Counted from the first letter of the stretch, positions 38,562 through 46,810 are shown. The stretch is DNA of 64,000 nucleotides from Candidatus Omnitrophota bacterium (GCA_016930235.1 JAFGHI010000047.1:86215-150214); one strand, 5' to 3'. The notes: a model not told the origin generated them from the sequence alone. Numbers and translations are program-made.

Positions 38562-40657
38562 ACGCCTGATTTCTCCTTTAAATGCCGACAATGGATTAAA
38601 GGACAATCGATATAGCCGGGATAAAGAATATTCACTGAATGGTACCGCCTTTGAAGGCTGTCCACCAATTGATCGAAAGAGTAACGATGATCACGCGGGG
38701 GGTTATGTACCTCCATCCAAATTTCTTCAATCGGTATCTTAAAGAAATTTGGATCTTCTAAAATTACATTATATTCCCCCCCTTCAATATCCATTTTAAA
38801 AAGATCGACTTTTGTTATCCCGTTATCTTGGCAAAATTGAGAAAAACTCTTGCTTTGAACTTCAACCTTCTCATCTGGAAACTCCGCGTTATAAGGATAG
38901 AGAGAGGAGAAACCGGACATTTTAGATATATAAAAATCTGTAAGCGTTCCTGGCTGAGACTGGATTGCAAAGTGATAAGGATAAATTTTCCCTTTAAAAC
39001 ATTCTTGCCGCGCGGTCCTCTCCAACACCTCATAAACATAAGGATTGGCTTCTATGGCATGAACTTCCGAATTTGGCATCTTCATATGGGCCAAAAGGGA
39101 GAAAAGGCCGATATGAGCACCGACATCAACAACTATTTTTTTATTCCGACCATATCGAATTCGGTAATTCTCCGTAACAAATATTTCGTCAAAAACCCTC
39201 CAACTAGTAAAACTATCATAAACTTTGACCCTGGCGCCGCATCGGAACAAAAACTCCCGAATTTCGACTTTGTCAGTTCGTGCCGCTAAATACTGCCTCC
39301 AATTCTTAAGATAAAAAAATGCTTTAAACCGGACCATCCAATAAGCAGGCCGCCAAGCGAAATAACGCTTCCACAAATCATCAACCCTTGCGCTAAAATC
39401 AGCCCTTTCAACCGTGATGGATCTTTCCAATATCTTTTCAAAATTCCTGGAGGCTATTTCCCAATTCCATTTATCACGAACATATTGTTTCCCTTTTTGA
39501 GACATCGATTTCCAAAGATCCTCTTCTTTAATAAGCTTCAGCACTTTTGAAGCAAATTCCTGGGGATCAAAATCGGAAAGAAACCCTACTTCTCCATCCA
39601 ATACGGTTTCCCGAACACCCCCCGACTTAACGGCTACCACAGGAAGGCCCATAGCCATCGCTTCGAGCGGCGCCATTCCAAAGGGCTCTAGTCTTGAGCC
39701 GTAGACGAAAACTTTGGCTGTGCCATAAAGTTCGCATAATTCTTTCTCTGAAACCCTTTCTCTAATTTCTACTTGAACCTCTAAGTTTTCACAAAGCCGA
39801 ATAAGGTTCTTGCGACGCTCTTCGCGACAGCAATCAACAACAACCACCCATCGGGGGCGTTTGTCTTTGGGAATCAAACTCAAAGCTCTTACGACAAAGG
39901 CATGCCCTTTATTTGCCGTCAAGGACCCCACTGTTAAAACAAAGTTTCCGCGTTCCGGTCCCGTAGGCGCCATCACGAATCGCTCTAAATCAATGGCCGG
40001 ATAAAAAACTTTCGCTTCATAACCATAAGCCATAAAGATTTTCTCAGCTGAGAAATAAGAGTTTGCTAATACCGTCCCGTGACAGCATCTCGGAAAATTT
40101 TTATCGGCCTCCTTTTTCCACAAATAATGAAATAGAGCAATTGCTGGTTTATACCAAATCGAGACTATCTTGGAAACTAGCGGCTTGGCTTCCCCATCGT
40201 TTTCCAGCTCATCATGAAAAAGTGCCGGCGGGTCATAAAAAAGGCGTTCCGGTTCCTGAAGGTAAAGAAAAAAACGTGTTTTAAGATACCGGGTTAAATG
40301 GGGAATTTTGACATATTGATCAATCCCGATAAAAACGAAATCGTAATTTTTCCGGTCTATTTCTTTCGCTAATATTTTTGCGGTTTGATCCAGGGATCTG
40401 AGATTTCTCCAAAAAAAGTATGCATTAACATACTCACGAATGATCGGACAATGCCCAGAAATACGCGGCTTTAAAAAAACAGGGATTTCATAGCACTCAT
40501 CAGCCATGGATGATAGAGGAGAAAAATCTTCCCCAGCTTTGTTAAACCGATAGAGATCTAAGTGATACCCCATCGCTTTCAACATCTTCATGACACCATG
40601 GAGTAAAACAACCGCTCCGCCGAGATGATGGTGATTAAAGACGGCTACCTTTTTCAT
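38558..40657 (-). CDS. GT4 glycosyltransferase fused to a C-terminal FkbM-family methyltransferase
   Basis: N-terminus MKKVAVFNHHHLGGAVVLLHGVMKM...LEAMAMGLPVVAVKSGGVRETVLDGEVGFL (GT4). C-terminus IVVDVGAHIGLFSLLAHMKMPNSEVHAIEANPYVYEVLER (FkbM-type motif). The first in-window start codon is TTG at 40681; the ATG at 40657 is preferred. Confidence 0.8.
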   Translation of the reverse strand: MKKVAVFNHHHLGGAVVLLHGVMKMLKAMGYHLDLYRFNKAGEDFSPLSSMADECYEIPVFLKPRISGHCPIIREYVNAYFFWRNLRSLDQTAKILAKEIDRKNYDFVFIGIDQYVKIPHLTRYLKTRFFLYLQEPERLFYDPPALFHDELENDGEAKPLVSKIVSIWYKPAIALFHYLWKKEADKNFPRCCHGTVLANSYFSAEKIFMAYGYEAKVFYPAIDLERFVMAPTGPERGNFVLTVGSLTANKGHAFVVRALSLIPKDKRPRWVVVVDCCREERRKNLIRLCENLEVQVEIRERVSEKELCELYGTAKVFVYGSRLEPFGMAPLEAMAMGLPVVAVKSGGVRETVLDGEVGFLSDFDPQEFASKVLKLIKEEDLWKSMSQKGKQYVRDKWNWEIASRNFEKILERSITVERADFSARVDDLWKRYFAWRPAYWMVRFKAFFYLKNWRQYLAARTDKVEIREFLFRCGARVKVYDSFTSWRVFDEIFVTENYRIRYGRNKKIVVDVGAHIGLFSLLAHMKMPNSEVHAIEANPYVYEVLERTARQECFKGKIYPYHFAIQSQPGTLTDFYISKMSGFSSLYPYNAEFPDEKVEVQSKSFSQFCQDNGITKVDLFKMDIEGGEYNVILEDPNFFKIPIEEIWMEVHNPPRDHRYSFDQLVDSLQRRYHSVNILYPGYIDCPLIHCRHLKEKSGV

Positions 40658-40691
40658 GAATAATTTTTCTTTATCATTCAAAGAACATGCG

Positions 40692-42572
40692 TTAAAAGAA
40701 TTTTTGCTCTTCCCAATATTGGTAAAACTTACCTTTCTTTTCTATCAACTCATTAAGCATACCTTCCTCAGCCAAACTCCCGTTTTCAATCACAAGGATC
40801 TTGTCAGCATGTTTAACGGTTGATAACCGGTGCGCAATCACGATAGAGGTTCTTCCCTTGACAGCTACATCGATTGCTGTCTGAATTAATCGCTCGGTTC
40901 GCGAATCAAGTGCGCTTGTGGCTTCATCTAAAATAAGTATTTCTGCTTCTTTAAGAAGGGCCCTTGCAATAGCCACCCGTTGTTTTTCACCGCCTGAGAG
41001 CCTGACACCACGGTCACCTATCATGGTATCGAGCTTCTCCGGTAACCGACTGACAAACTCACTCAGTTGCGCTTTGGCAATGGCTTCATAAATTTTTTCT
41101 TCCGGGCACTTCCCCTCTAATCCATAGGTAATATTTGCTCTGAGCGTATCATTAAACAGCAATACGTCCTGACTGATAAAAGAGATGTGCTGTCTTAACG
41201 ATTGAAAAGTAAATTCCCTGATATCTGCTCCATCAACTAATATTGTCCCCGGGGGACAGTCATAAAAGCGCATGAGTAAGTTGATGATCGTTGTTTTCCC
41301 TGCTCCCGTAGGACCGACTATCGCAATCATCTTTCCTTTCTCGATGCTGAAACTTAGATCTTTTAATATGGGCGTATTCTTAAAATAAGAAAAACTCATG
41401 CCCTTAAATTGAATCTCTTTTTCAAGTCCATTGAATTGAACCGCACCTTCGATGACAAAATATTTATCCTTATCATCACGCATCTGCATAATTTTTGAAA
41501 TAGGGCCGCTCGTCCTAGCCAAAGCCAACCTCATTCGATTAAGAACGCCGAATGACCCCATCGCACGCCGAATGACAAAAAAGAACACCAAAAGACTAGA
41601 AATTTCCGCTGCTTGTTCCTTGACGATCACAAAAGCCATCGAGCCCACCAAGATCAGCAGTGCTGCTAAAGTAATAATTTCATGAAGCGGCTGGATAAGA
41701 AACTGCTTTTTAGTCATGCTCACCTGAATCTCTGCAATTAAATCACTGGCCTTTGCAAATTTCTTTTTTTCATCTTCCTCTTTGGTGTAGGCTTTCACCA
41801 AAGGGATGCAAGACAAGATATTAAAAATATCTTCGCTGAGGCTCTGGCTCGCTTGTGCGAAATAGCTTGAGGTTCTTCTCATGTTCTTAACCAGCCAGCT
41901 CAGCGAATAATGCAAGATGGGAAAAACAATTAGACTGAAGATGGTCAATTTCCATGAAAGGAAAAGCATCAAGGCCAAGTAGATAAAAAGAAGGAAGACT
42001 TCAGACAGAAGGGCATGCGCTTCCCGGATCATATACCCTAATTCATGAGTAAACCCTCCCAGCACGGTATGGAGATATCCGGTATTATTCCTGTCAAAAA
42101 ACATCTTGCCGAAGCTTAAATAACGCTCGAAGATTAATTTTCTCAAATTACTGCAAAATTTTTCAATTTGATAGGCAAGCAAAACCGTCGAGCCATACAT
42201 CAAAACATTCTTCGTGACACTCGCAAAGAAAATGACCGCAATAATTAACAAAAAGGTATAGGCGTTCGGTCTTTCATATATGACCTCTGGCATCATATTA
42301 ACAAGATTCCCAAGGATGGGCATCTCGCGAATAAAGCTATAGTCTCTCTCAATCATTCCCTTCATCATGGGGACAAGAAGACCTATGCTAATACCCTCAA
42401 AGACAGCTCCAAGTAACGAAAGAATTGCCGGGATCACTAACAGAATGGGTTTCGCATCCAACCCTCGCATAAAATCTCGCAAGTACCTGAAGGTAAGATA
42501 AATCCTTGCGTTTTGGAGCTTTTCTTTGAGGATCCTTTTACTCTCTCGTTTTTTTTCTGTCCAATAACTCAT
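40692..42572 (-). CDS. ABC exporter, fused TMD-NBD half-transporter (MsbA/PglK-like lipid-linked glycan or lipid flippase)
   Basis: 6 TM helices, then GPTGAGKTTIINLL (Walker A), LSGGEKQRVAIARAL (signature), ILILDEATSALD (Walker B), IVIAHRLSTV (H-loop). Confidence 0.9.
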   Translation of the reverse strand: MSYWTEKKRESKRILKEKLQNARIYLTFRYLRDFMRGLDAKPILLVIPAILSLLGAVFEGISIGLLVPMMKGMIERDYSFIREMPILGNLVNMMPEVIYERPNAYTFLLIIAVIFFASVTKNVLMYGSTVLLAYQIEKFCSNLRKLIFERYLSFGKMFFDRNNTGYLHTVLGGFTHELGYMIREAHALLSEVFLLFIYLALMLFLSWKLTIFSLIVFPILHYSLSWLVKNMRRTSSYFAQASQSLSEDIFNILSCIPLVKAYTKEEDEKKKFAKASDLIAEIQVSMTKKQFLIQPLHEIITLAALLILVGSMAFVIVKEQAAEISSLLVFFFVIRRAMGSFGVLNRMRLALARTSGPISKIMQMRDDKDKYFVIEGAVQFNGLEKEIQFKGMSFSYFKNTPILKDLSFSIEKGKMIAIVGPTGAGKTTIINLLMRFYDCPPGTILVDGADIREFTFQSLRQHISFISQDVLLFNDTLRANITYGLEGKCPEEKIYEAIAKAQLSEFVSRLPEKLDTMIGDRGVRLSGGEKQRVAIARALLKEAEILILDEATSALDSRTERLIQTAIDVAVKGRTSIVIAHRLSTVKHADKILVIENGSLAEEGMLNELIEKKGKFYQYWEEQKFF

Positions 42573-42693
42573 GATGGGGTCCGACTTTCCTTGTTCCCGT
42601 TTGGGTGTTTAGCTACAGCTTCGCCCTCTCAGTCCCAAATATCCTTCATGGAACCTACGAGGTCATATCCAACTAACAAGTTACTAGCTTTCT

Positions 42694-43323
42694 TTAAAGC
42701 GGTTGAACACAAGCTTCGTCCACTTGGACTGACACCGATTGCATTAATAAATCAAGCGAGATGACCAAACGGCAGTGCCGATCCTTGCGGACGATATACC
42801 CTTCCGTTCCTTTAAAAGGACCTGTTGAAATATAAACCCGGGCGCCTTCTTTTAAGTAAGGGAACGGATCCAAAGGTATTTCCTCCTCGACAAATTTTCG
42901 AAGACTTACAATATCCTTCTCGGGAACTTCGATCGGATTCGACGGCTTAGGCCCTACAAATCGAACAGCGCCGGCAGTATTTAGCACCTGCCATCTTTCC
43001 TTGAAAGGAATACGAACGAAAAGATACCCTTTGAACAAAGGCTCCTCGATCAATTTTTTGCGATCGGACCATTGCCGTGAAATTCGTCTCATGGGCAGAA
43101 AGGTTTCGATCCCTTTCTTTTGTAATTCCCGATCCGTTAACTTTTCATGCCGGCTCTTGGCATAAAGTGCAAACCAACGTACCTGGTTCCACTTCTTCTT
43201 GATTCCCTCATCCCAAGAAACAGCATTCCAAGATTCTTGCGACTCTTGAATCATGGGATAATCCCCCGTGAAGACAGTTAGAAAACACGGAAATTTATAC
43301 TCATTCTCCCGCGTCTTCCTCAA
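42694..43323 (-). CDS. NusG-family paralog (NGN + KOW), operon-specific transcription antiterminator of the RfaH/UpxY/LoaP type
   Basis: NGN: VRWFALYAKSRHEKLTDRELQKKGIETFLPM...EEPLFKGYLFVRIPF. KOW: EGARVYISTGPFKGTEGYIVRKD. About 40 N-terminal residues fall outside the NGN fold. The ORF-track start is TTG at 43323; an internal ATG lies at about 43254 (MIQESQ). Confidence 0.75.
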   Translation of the reverse strand: MRKTRENEYKFPCFLTVFTGDYPMIQESQESWNAVSWDEGIKKKWNQVRWFALYAKSRHEKLTDRELQKKGIETFLPMRRISRQWSDRKKLIEEPLFKGYLFVRIPFKERWQVLNTAGAVRFVGPKPSNPIEVPEKDIVSLRKFVEEEIPLDPFPYLKEGARVYISTGPFKGTEGYIVRKDRHCRLVISLDLLMQSVSVQVDEACVQPL

Positions 43324-43358
43324 TCTCCATTTAATTCAACGGTGAACTAGGAAGAGGG

Positions 43359-43577
43359 CTACGAATTGTTCATTCGGTTAAGGAGCCAGGCATCTAAAAC
43401 ATCTTTCTTAAAACGCCATTGCCCGCCTATTTTAGTAGCCGGAATCTCCTGTTTTTTCAAAAGGCGGTATATCGTCACCAAGTGAAAACCAAGATATTTG
43501 GCCGCTTCCTTTGGCGTCATGATTTGGGTTCTCTCATGCCTGCGTCTTTCTGGGTGTTCTGACTTCTGGGGATCCAT
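43359..43577 (-). CDS. excisionase-family helix-turn-helix DNA-binding protein (MerR-superfamily HTH_17), first gene of the operon
   Basis: MTPKEAAKYLGFHLVTIYRLLKKQEIPATKIGGQWRFKKDVLDAWL, 72 aa. ATG at 43577 is preceded by AAGGAG 7 nt upstream. Confidence 0.7.
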   Translation of the reverse strand: MDPQKSEHPERRRHERTQIMTPKEAAKYLGFHLVTIYRLLKKQEIPATKIGGQWRFKKDVLDAWLLNRMNNS

Positions 43578-43906
43578 AATCTTACTCCTTCTTTTTATGC
43601 GTTGCTTGTTTTTGTTGTACTAAAGTTATAATTCTTTACACTCTTTTATTGAAGATACAGTCAATATTATAAGGTGTCAAGTATTGATAGTTGATACTAT
43701 ACGCTATGGAGAACCTAACCTTTTGATTTAAAGTAACTTAGGTAAATTTGAGCCAAACAAGAATTTCATTGATTCTATAGGCTAAATATACTAAGCTTAA
43801 GGGGAAATGCGTAAGGCAAGAAAGAGCGCCTACTAGCAATGTGATGCAATGAGTAACACCAAAAATACCCGATTTTTAATGCTGTCGGTGCTTCTATAGA
43901 TGGTAT

Positions 43907-43936
43907 TTGACGAAGAGGCTATTTTAAAAATACAAT
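43907..43936 (+). promoter_or_regulatory. sigma70-like promoter (TTGACG - 18 nt - TACAAT) for the plus-strand secreted-protein gene
   Basis: tTTGACGaagaggctattttaaaaaTACAATagg read directly. About 45 nt upstream of the ATG at 43984, which has AAAGGAGA 8 nt upstream. Confidence 0.5.
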
Positions 43937-43983
43937 AGGCCTCGTAAACAAACGCAATCGTATCTCAAAAAGGAGACGAAACT

Positions 43984-44493
43984 ATGAAGAAACTCTTTCC
44001 CCTGTTTCTGGTGGTACTTGCTTTATTGATGGCCCCCATAGCTTTTGCTGGCGATGTTTGGGAAATGGCCGAATCTGACCAATACGGAACCAAATTGGGC
44101 GGGATGTTAGGCCGAGGCGGCATTAATATTGCAACGTGCTTTGTCGATGTCATTGTTCACACCGTTGAAGGAACACAAGAAGGCCCTGCTTTTGTGGGGA
44201 CTCTAGGAGGCCTTGGCAGCGGTATTGCTTGCACAGCCTTGAGAGTTACTTCCGGAGCTTTGGATGTTGTCACTTCGTGGGTTCCTGGATTCAACGGTTT
44301 CCCAGTTTCAAAATCTTACTCGGATTGTTTGGATTTTGGAGGAACCTCTTCGTATTCTTCTTCAACTTCCGGATATTCGGCTCCAGCTTATTCGTCTTCA
44401 AGCACGTCAACATACGCAGCACCTGCTCAATCATCATCCTCAAAGACAAAAGCCGTCGAAGAACACGACCCGATGAAATATGTAAAGAAATAG
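43984..44493 (+). CDS. small secreted protein with Ser/Thr/Ala/Pro-rich C-terminal tail; paralog of 47742..48113
   Basis: Signal peptide MKKLFPLFLVVLALLMAPIAFA. Conserved core KLGGMLGRGGINIATCFVDVIVHTVEGTQEGPAFVGTLGGLGSGIACTALRVTSGALDVVTSWVP shares the K-x-G-R-G-x-x-N-x-x-T ... P-V/F-x-G ... pattern with the 47742 protein. Tail SSYSSSTSGYSAPAYSSSSTSTYAAPAQSSSS. Confidence 0.6.
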   Translation: MKKLFPLFLVVLALLMAPIAFAGDVWEMAESDQYGTKLGGMLGRGGINIATCFVDVIVHTVEGTQEGPAFVGTLGGLGSGIACTALRVTSGALDVVTSWVPGFNGFPVSKSYSDCLDFGGTSSYSSSTSGYSAPAYSSSSTSTYAAPAQSSSSKTKAVEEHDPMKYVKK

Positions 44494-44500
44494 TTCGAAG

Positions 44501-44539
44501 AAAAAAACGCCCCGTCAATATTGACGGGGCGTTTTTTTA
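44501..44539. terminator. bidirectional rho-independent terminator shared by convergent genes 43984..44493 (+) and pyrE (-)
   Basis: AAAAAAACGCCCCGTCAAtaTTGACGGGGCGTTTTTTT: perfect 12-bp GC-rich stem, 2-nt loop, T-tract on the plus strand and A-tract (T-tract on the minus strand). Confidence 0.85.
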
Positions 44540-44550
44540 TGTCTTGACTC

Positions 44551-45096
44551 TTACAAACCTAAATCGGCAAGCGAAAACATCGGTGAGTAATTATAGGGCG
44601 CCAAGGCCTCACGAGCCCCTTCATTACGATCCACTAAACAAATCACTTTGACAATCCTGGCCTTGAGTTTTTCCACCTCTTGAATAGCCGTTAGAACGGA
44701 CCCCCCTGTCGTAATCACGTCTTCAACCATGACAACGCGATCTCCTTCTTCTATAGGAGGTCCTTCAATCACTCTCTGCATCCCATGCTCCTTAACGCTC
44801 TTACGCACAATAAAGGCTTTAATAGGGTGTCCCGTCTGAGAGCTAAGAAGAGCTACGGCGGCAGCGATTGGATCTGCGCCGATCGTCGGCCCGCCTATAG
44901 CATCGACTTCCTGTCCATGGAGCATTGAAAGGACACTTTTCGCTACCATGAGTATCCCCTGAGGATCCAAAGTGACTTGCTTGCCATCAATATAGAAATT
45001 TGCCTTTTTCCCTGAAGCAAGTGTCCGCTCCCCTTTGATAACTGCCTTCTCTTTGATTGTCTTAAGCAAATCCTCGCGGAGTTTATTTTCGTCCAT
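44551..45096 (-). CDS. pyrE: orotate phosphoribosyltransferase
   Basis: GERTLASGKKANFYIDGKQVTLDPQG..., PRPP-binding VMVEDVITTGGSVLTAIQ. Confidence 0.9.
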   Translation of the reverse strand: MDENKLREDLLKTIKEKAVIKGERTLASGKKANFYIDGKQVTLDPQGILMVAKSVLSMLHGQEVDAIGGPTIGADPIAAAVALLSSQTGHPIKAFIVRKSVKEHGMQRVIEGPPIEEGDRVVMVEDVITTGGSVLTAIQEVEKLKARIVKVICLVDRNEGAREALAPYNYSPMFSLADLGL

Positions 45097-45189
45097 GGTC
45101 TATCCCCTCGTCATAAAATCACAAACTCGCAGGCCATATTCTACTCGCGAAAAGGAGCCAGAGCCAAATGAAATTTTGGGCTTCTTCAT

Positions 45190-45930
45190 TTATAGAGTTG
45201 AGACTTTTTCTTGAATCCTTCGTGATAACCCTTTAATCATTTGGGCTTCGCTATGAATCAAACCGCTTCTTTTTAAGATACCGTGAAAGGTGGCAACAAT
45301 ACGTTCTAGCGTATCATTCCCTTCCCTTTCATAACCCAAGGCATAAAGAGAACTTTTGAAACGTTCAAGAGCTTCATGAAACTCCTTTTTCGAAACATAA
45401 GGCAGCAAAAAATCTTCACCGCCTTCTCCTTGATCCCAAGCCCCTCCGGACAAGCTAAACACGATAATCATCACAGCTTGCGCTAAATTAATCGAAGGAT
45501 AGGCACTGGATGTAGGGATCGAAATACCCCAATCACAAAGATCTAACGCAGCATTATCAAGCCCTTTCGACTCCTTCCCAAATAAGATGGCCACCCGGCA
45601 TTTTGAAGCTTTCCGTACAATCCCAGAAATCGCTACATGAAAATCCTTGAAGTTCTGCCATTTTTTTCTTCTTCTCCGGGTTGTCCCGACAACAAGGGTC
45701 ATGTCGCAAATCGCTTCCTCGAGGGTTTGATATACCTGGGCTTTCTCAAGCTGGTCAACCGCCGACATGGCAAGTTTTCGGCCTTTCTTTTTCCAATTTG
45801 AAGGTGGCCTAACCAACCGTAAATCTAAAAACCCCATATTCTTCATGGCACGAGCTGTTGACCCAATATTATCCGGATTCTCCGGCTCAACAAGAACCAC
45901 CGCAATATTCGTTTTTTTAAAGGGGCTCAT
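45190..45930 (-). CDS. SpoU/TrmH-family RNA 2'-O-methyltransferase (TrmJ-like)
   Basis: NIAVVLVEPENPDNIGSTARAMKNMGF (SPOUT motif 1), ...ILFGKESKGL..., LNLAQAVMIIVF (motif 3), 246 aa. Confidence 0.8.
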   Translation of the reverse strand: MSPFKKTNIAVVLVEPENPDNIGSTARAMKNMGFLDLRLVRPPSNWKKKGRKLAMSAVDQLEKAQVYQTLEEAICDMTLVVGTTRRRRKKWQNFKDFHVAISGIVRKASKCRVAILFGKESKGLDNAALDLCDWGISIPTSSAYPSINLAQAVMIIVFSLSGGAWDQGEGGEDFLLPYVSKKEFHEALERFKSSLYALGYEREGNDTLERIVATFHGILKRSGLIHSEAQMIKGLSRRIQEKVSTL

Positions 45931-45988
45931 AAATATTAAATGCTGCGTTTACTTCAAATTTCGTGTTATTCTTTCTTTCAAGATTACA

Positions 45989-46810
45989 ATGAACGGGCCT
46001 TCTATGTCTAGCAAATTACCCCTCATCATCGCTCACCGCGGGTCATCCGCTTATTTACCTGAGAACACGATCCCTGCCTTTAAGCTTGCTTTTGAAGAGC
46101 ACCACGCGGATATGATTGAATTTGATATTCGATGGACAAAAGAAGGTATCCCTGTCGTCTTTCATGACGAAAATCTTGAAAGGACAACGAATGCTCAAGG
46201 GAAGGTTTCAGACTATTCTTTAGAAGAGTTACGAAAATTTGATTCGGGATATCGCTTTGATCCTGTTGGGAATCAACAGTACCCCTGCCGGGGGAAGGGA
46301 TTTCAAATACCGCTTTTTGAGGAACTTCTCGATCACTTTAATCAAAAACCTCTTGCCATTGAAATCAAAGAAAATTCCGTTGAGTTGACCCATTTGCTCA
46401 TGAAACTTATCGCCAAACATAAAAACCATAAAAATACCGTGATAGGTTCTGAATATGCCTGCGTCAGCAAAACGCTTCGAAAATTCTACCCGGATCAAAA
46501 ACGCTTTTATTCTAAATGCGAAATAACGATGACATTGCTCGAAAAATATTGGCCTTTGGGTCCCCCCAAAAAAGATCCCTTTGGCGTTGCATCTGTCCCC
46601 ATTCACTACCGAGGAATACGTTTCGATACTTTATCCTGGATTCGTCATCTGCATCGTAAGAATTCGAAAGCTTTTTTTTGGACCATCGATAATGCTGAAA
46701 TGATTCGAAAACTTGCTGGATTGGGAGCGGACGGCATTGTAACCAATGACCCCGCCAAAACACGAAATATCCTCACGAAGAAGACCGAAACTGTTCCCAA
46801 AGACGCTTAA
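45989..46810 (+). CDS. glycerophosphodiester phosphodiesterase (GDPD/UgpQ family)
   Basis: LPLIIAHRGSSAYLPENTIPAFKLAFEEHHADMIEFDIRWTKEGIPVVFHDENLERTTN (HRG...E.D...H catalytic motifs). Start moved to the ATG at 45989 (MNGPSM); the ORF-track start 45767 overlaps the divergent trmJ-like gene. Confidence 0.85.
   Translation: MNGPSMSSKLPLIIAHRGSSAYLPENTIPAFKLAFEEHHADMIEFDIRWTKEGIPVVFHDENLERTTNAQGKVSDYSLEELRKFDSGYRFDPVGNQQYPCRGKGFQIPLFEELLDHFNQKPLAIEIKENSVELTHLLMKLIAKHKNHKNTVIGSEYACVSKTLRKFYPDQKRFYSKCEITMTLLEKYWPLGPPKKDPFGVASVPIHYRGIRFDTLSWIRHLHRKNSKAFFWTIDNAEMIRKLAGLGADGIVTNDPAKTRNILTKKTETVPKDA

Noticed and set aside
42694-43323. Calling this gene housekeeping nusG
   Set aside because: There is no secE/rplK/rplA neighbourhood and it has an extra N-terminal extension. 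It sits at the head of a polysaccharide operon, so it is better interpreted as a specialised paralog.
45165-45236. 22-codon plus-strand ORF (MKFWASSFIELRLFLESFVITL) with AAAGGAG SD in the pyrE/trmJ spacer
   Set aside because: It overlaps the 3' end of the trmJ-like gene on the opposite strand. It is too short and unconserved to assert.
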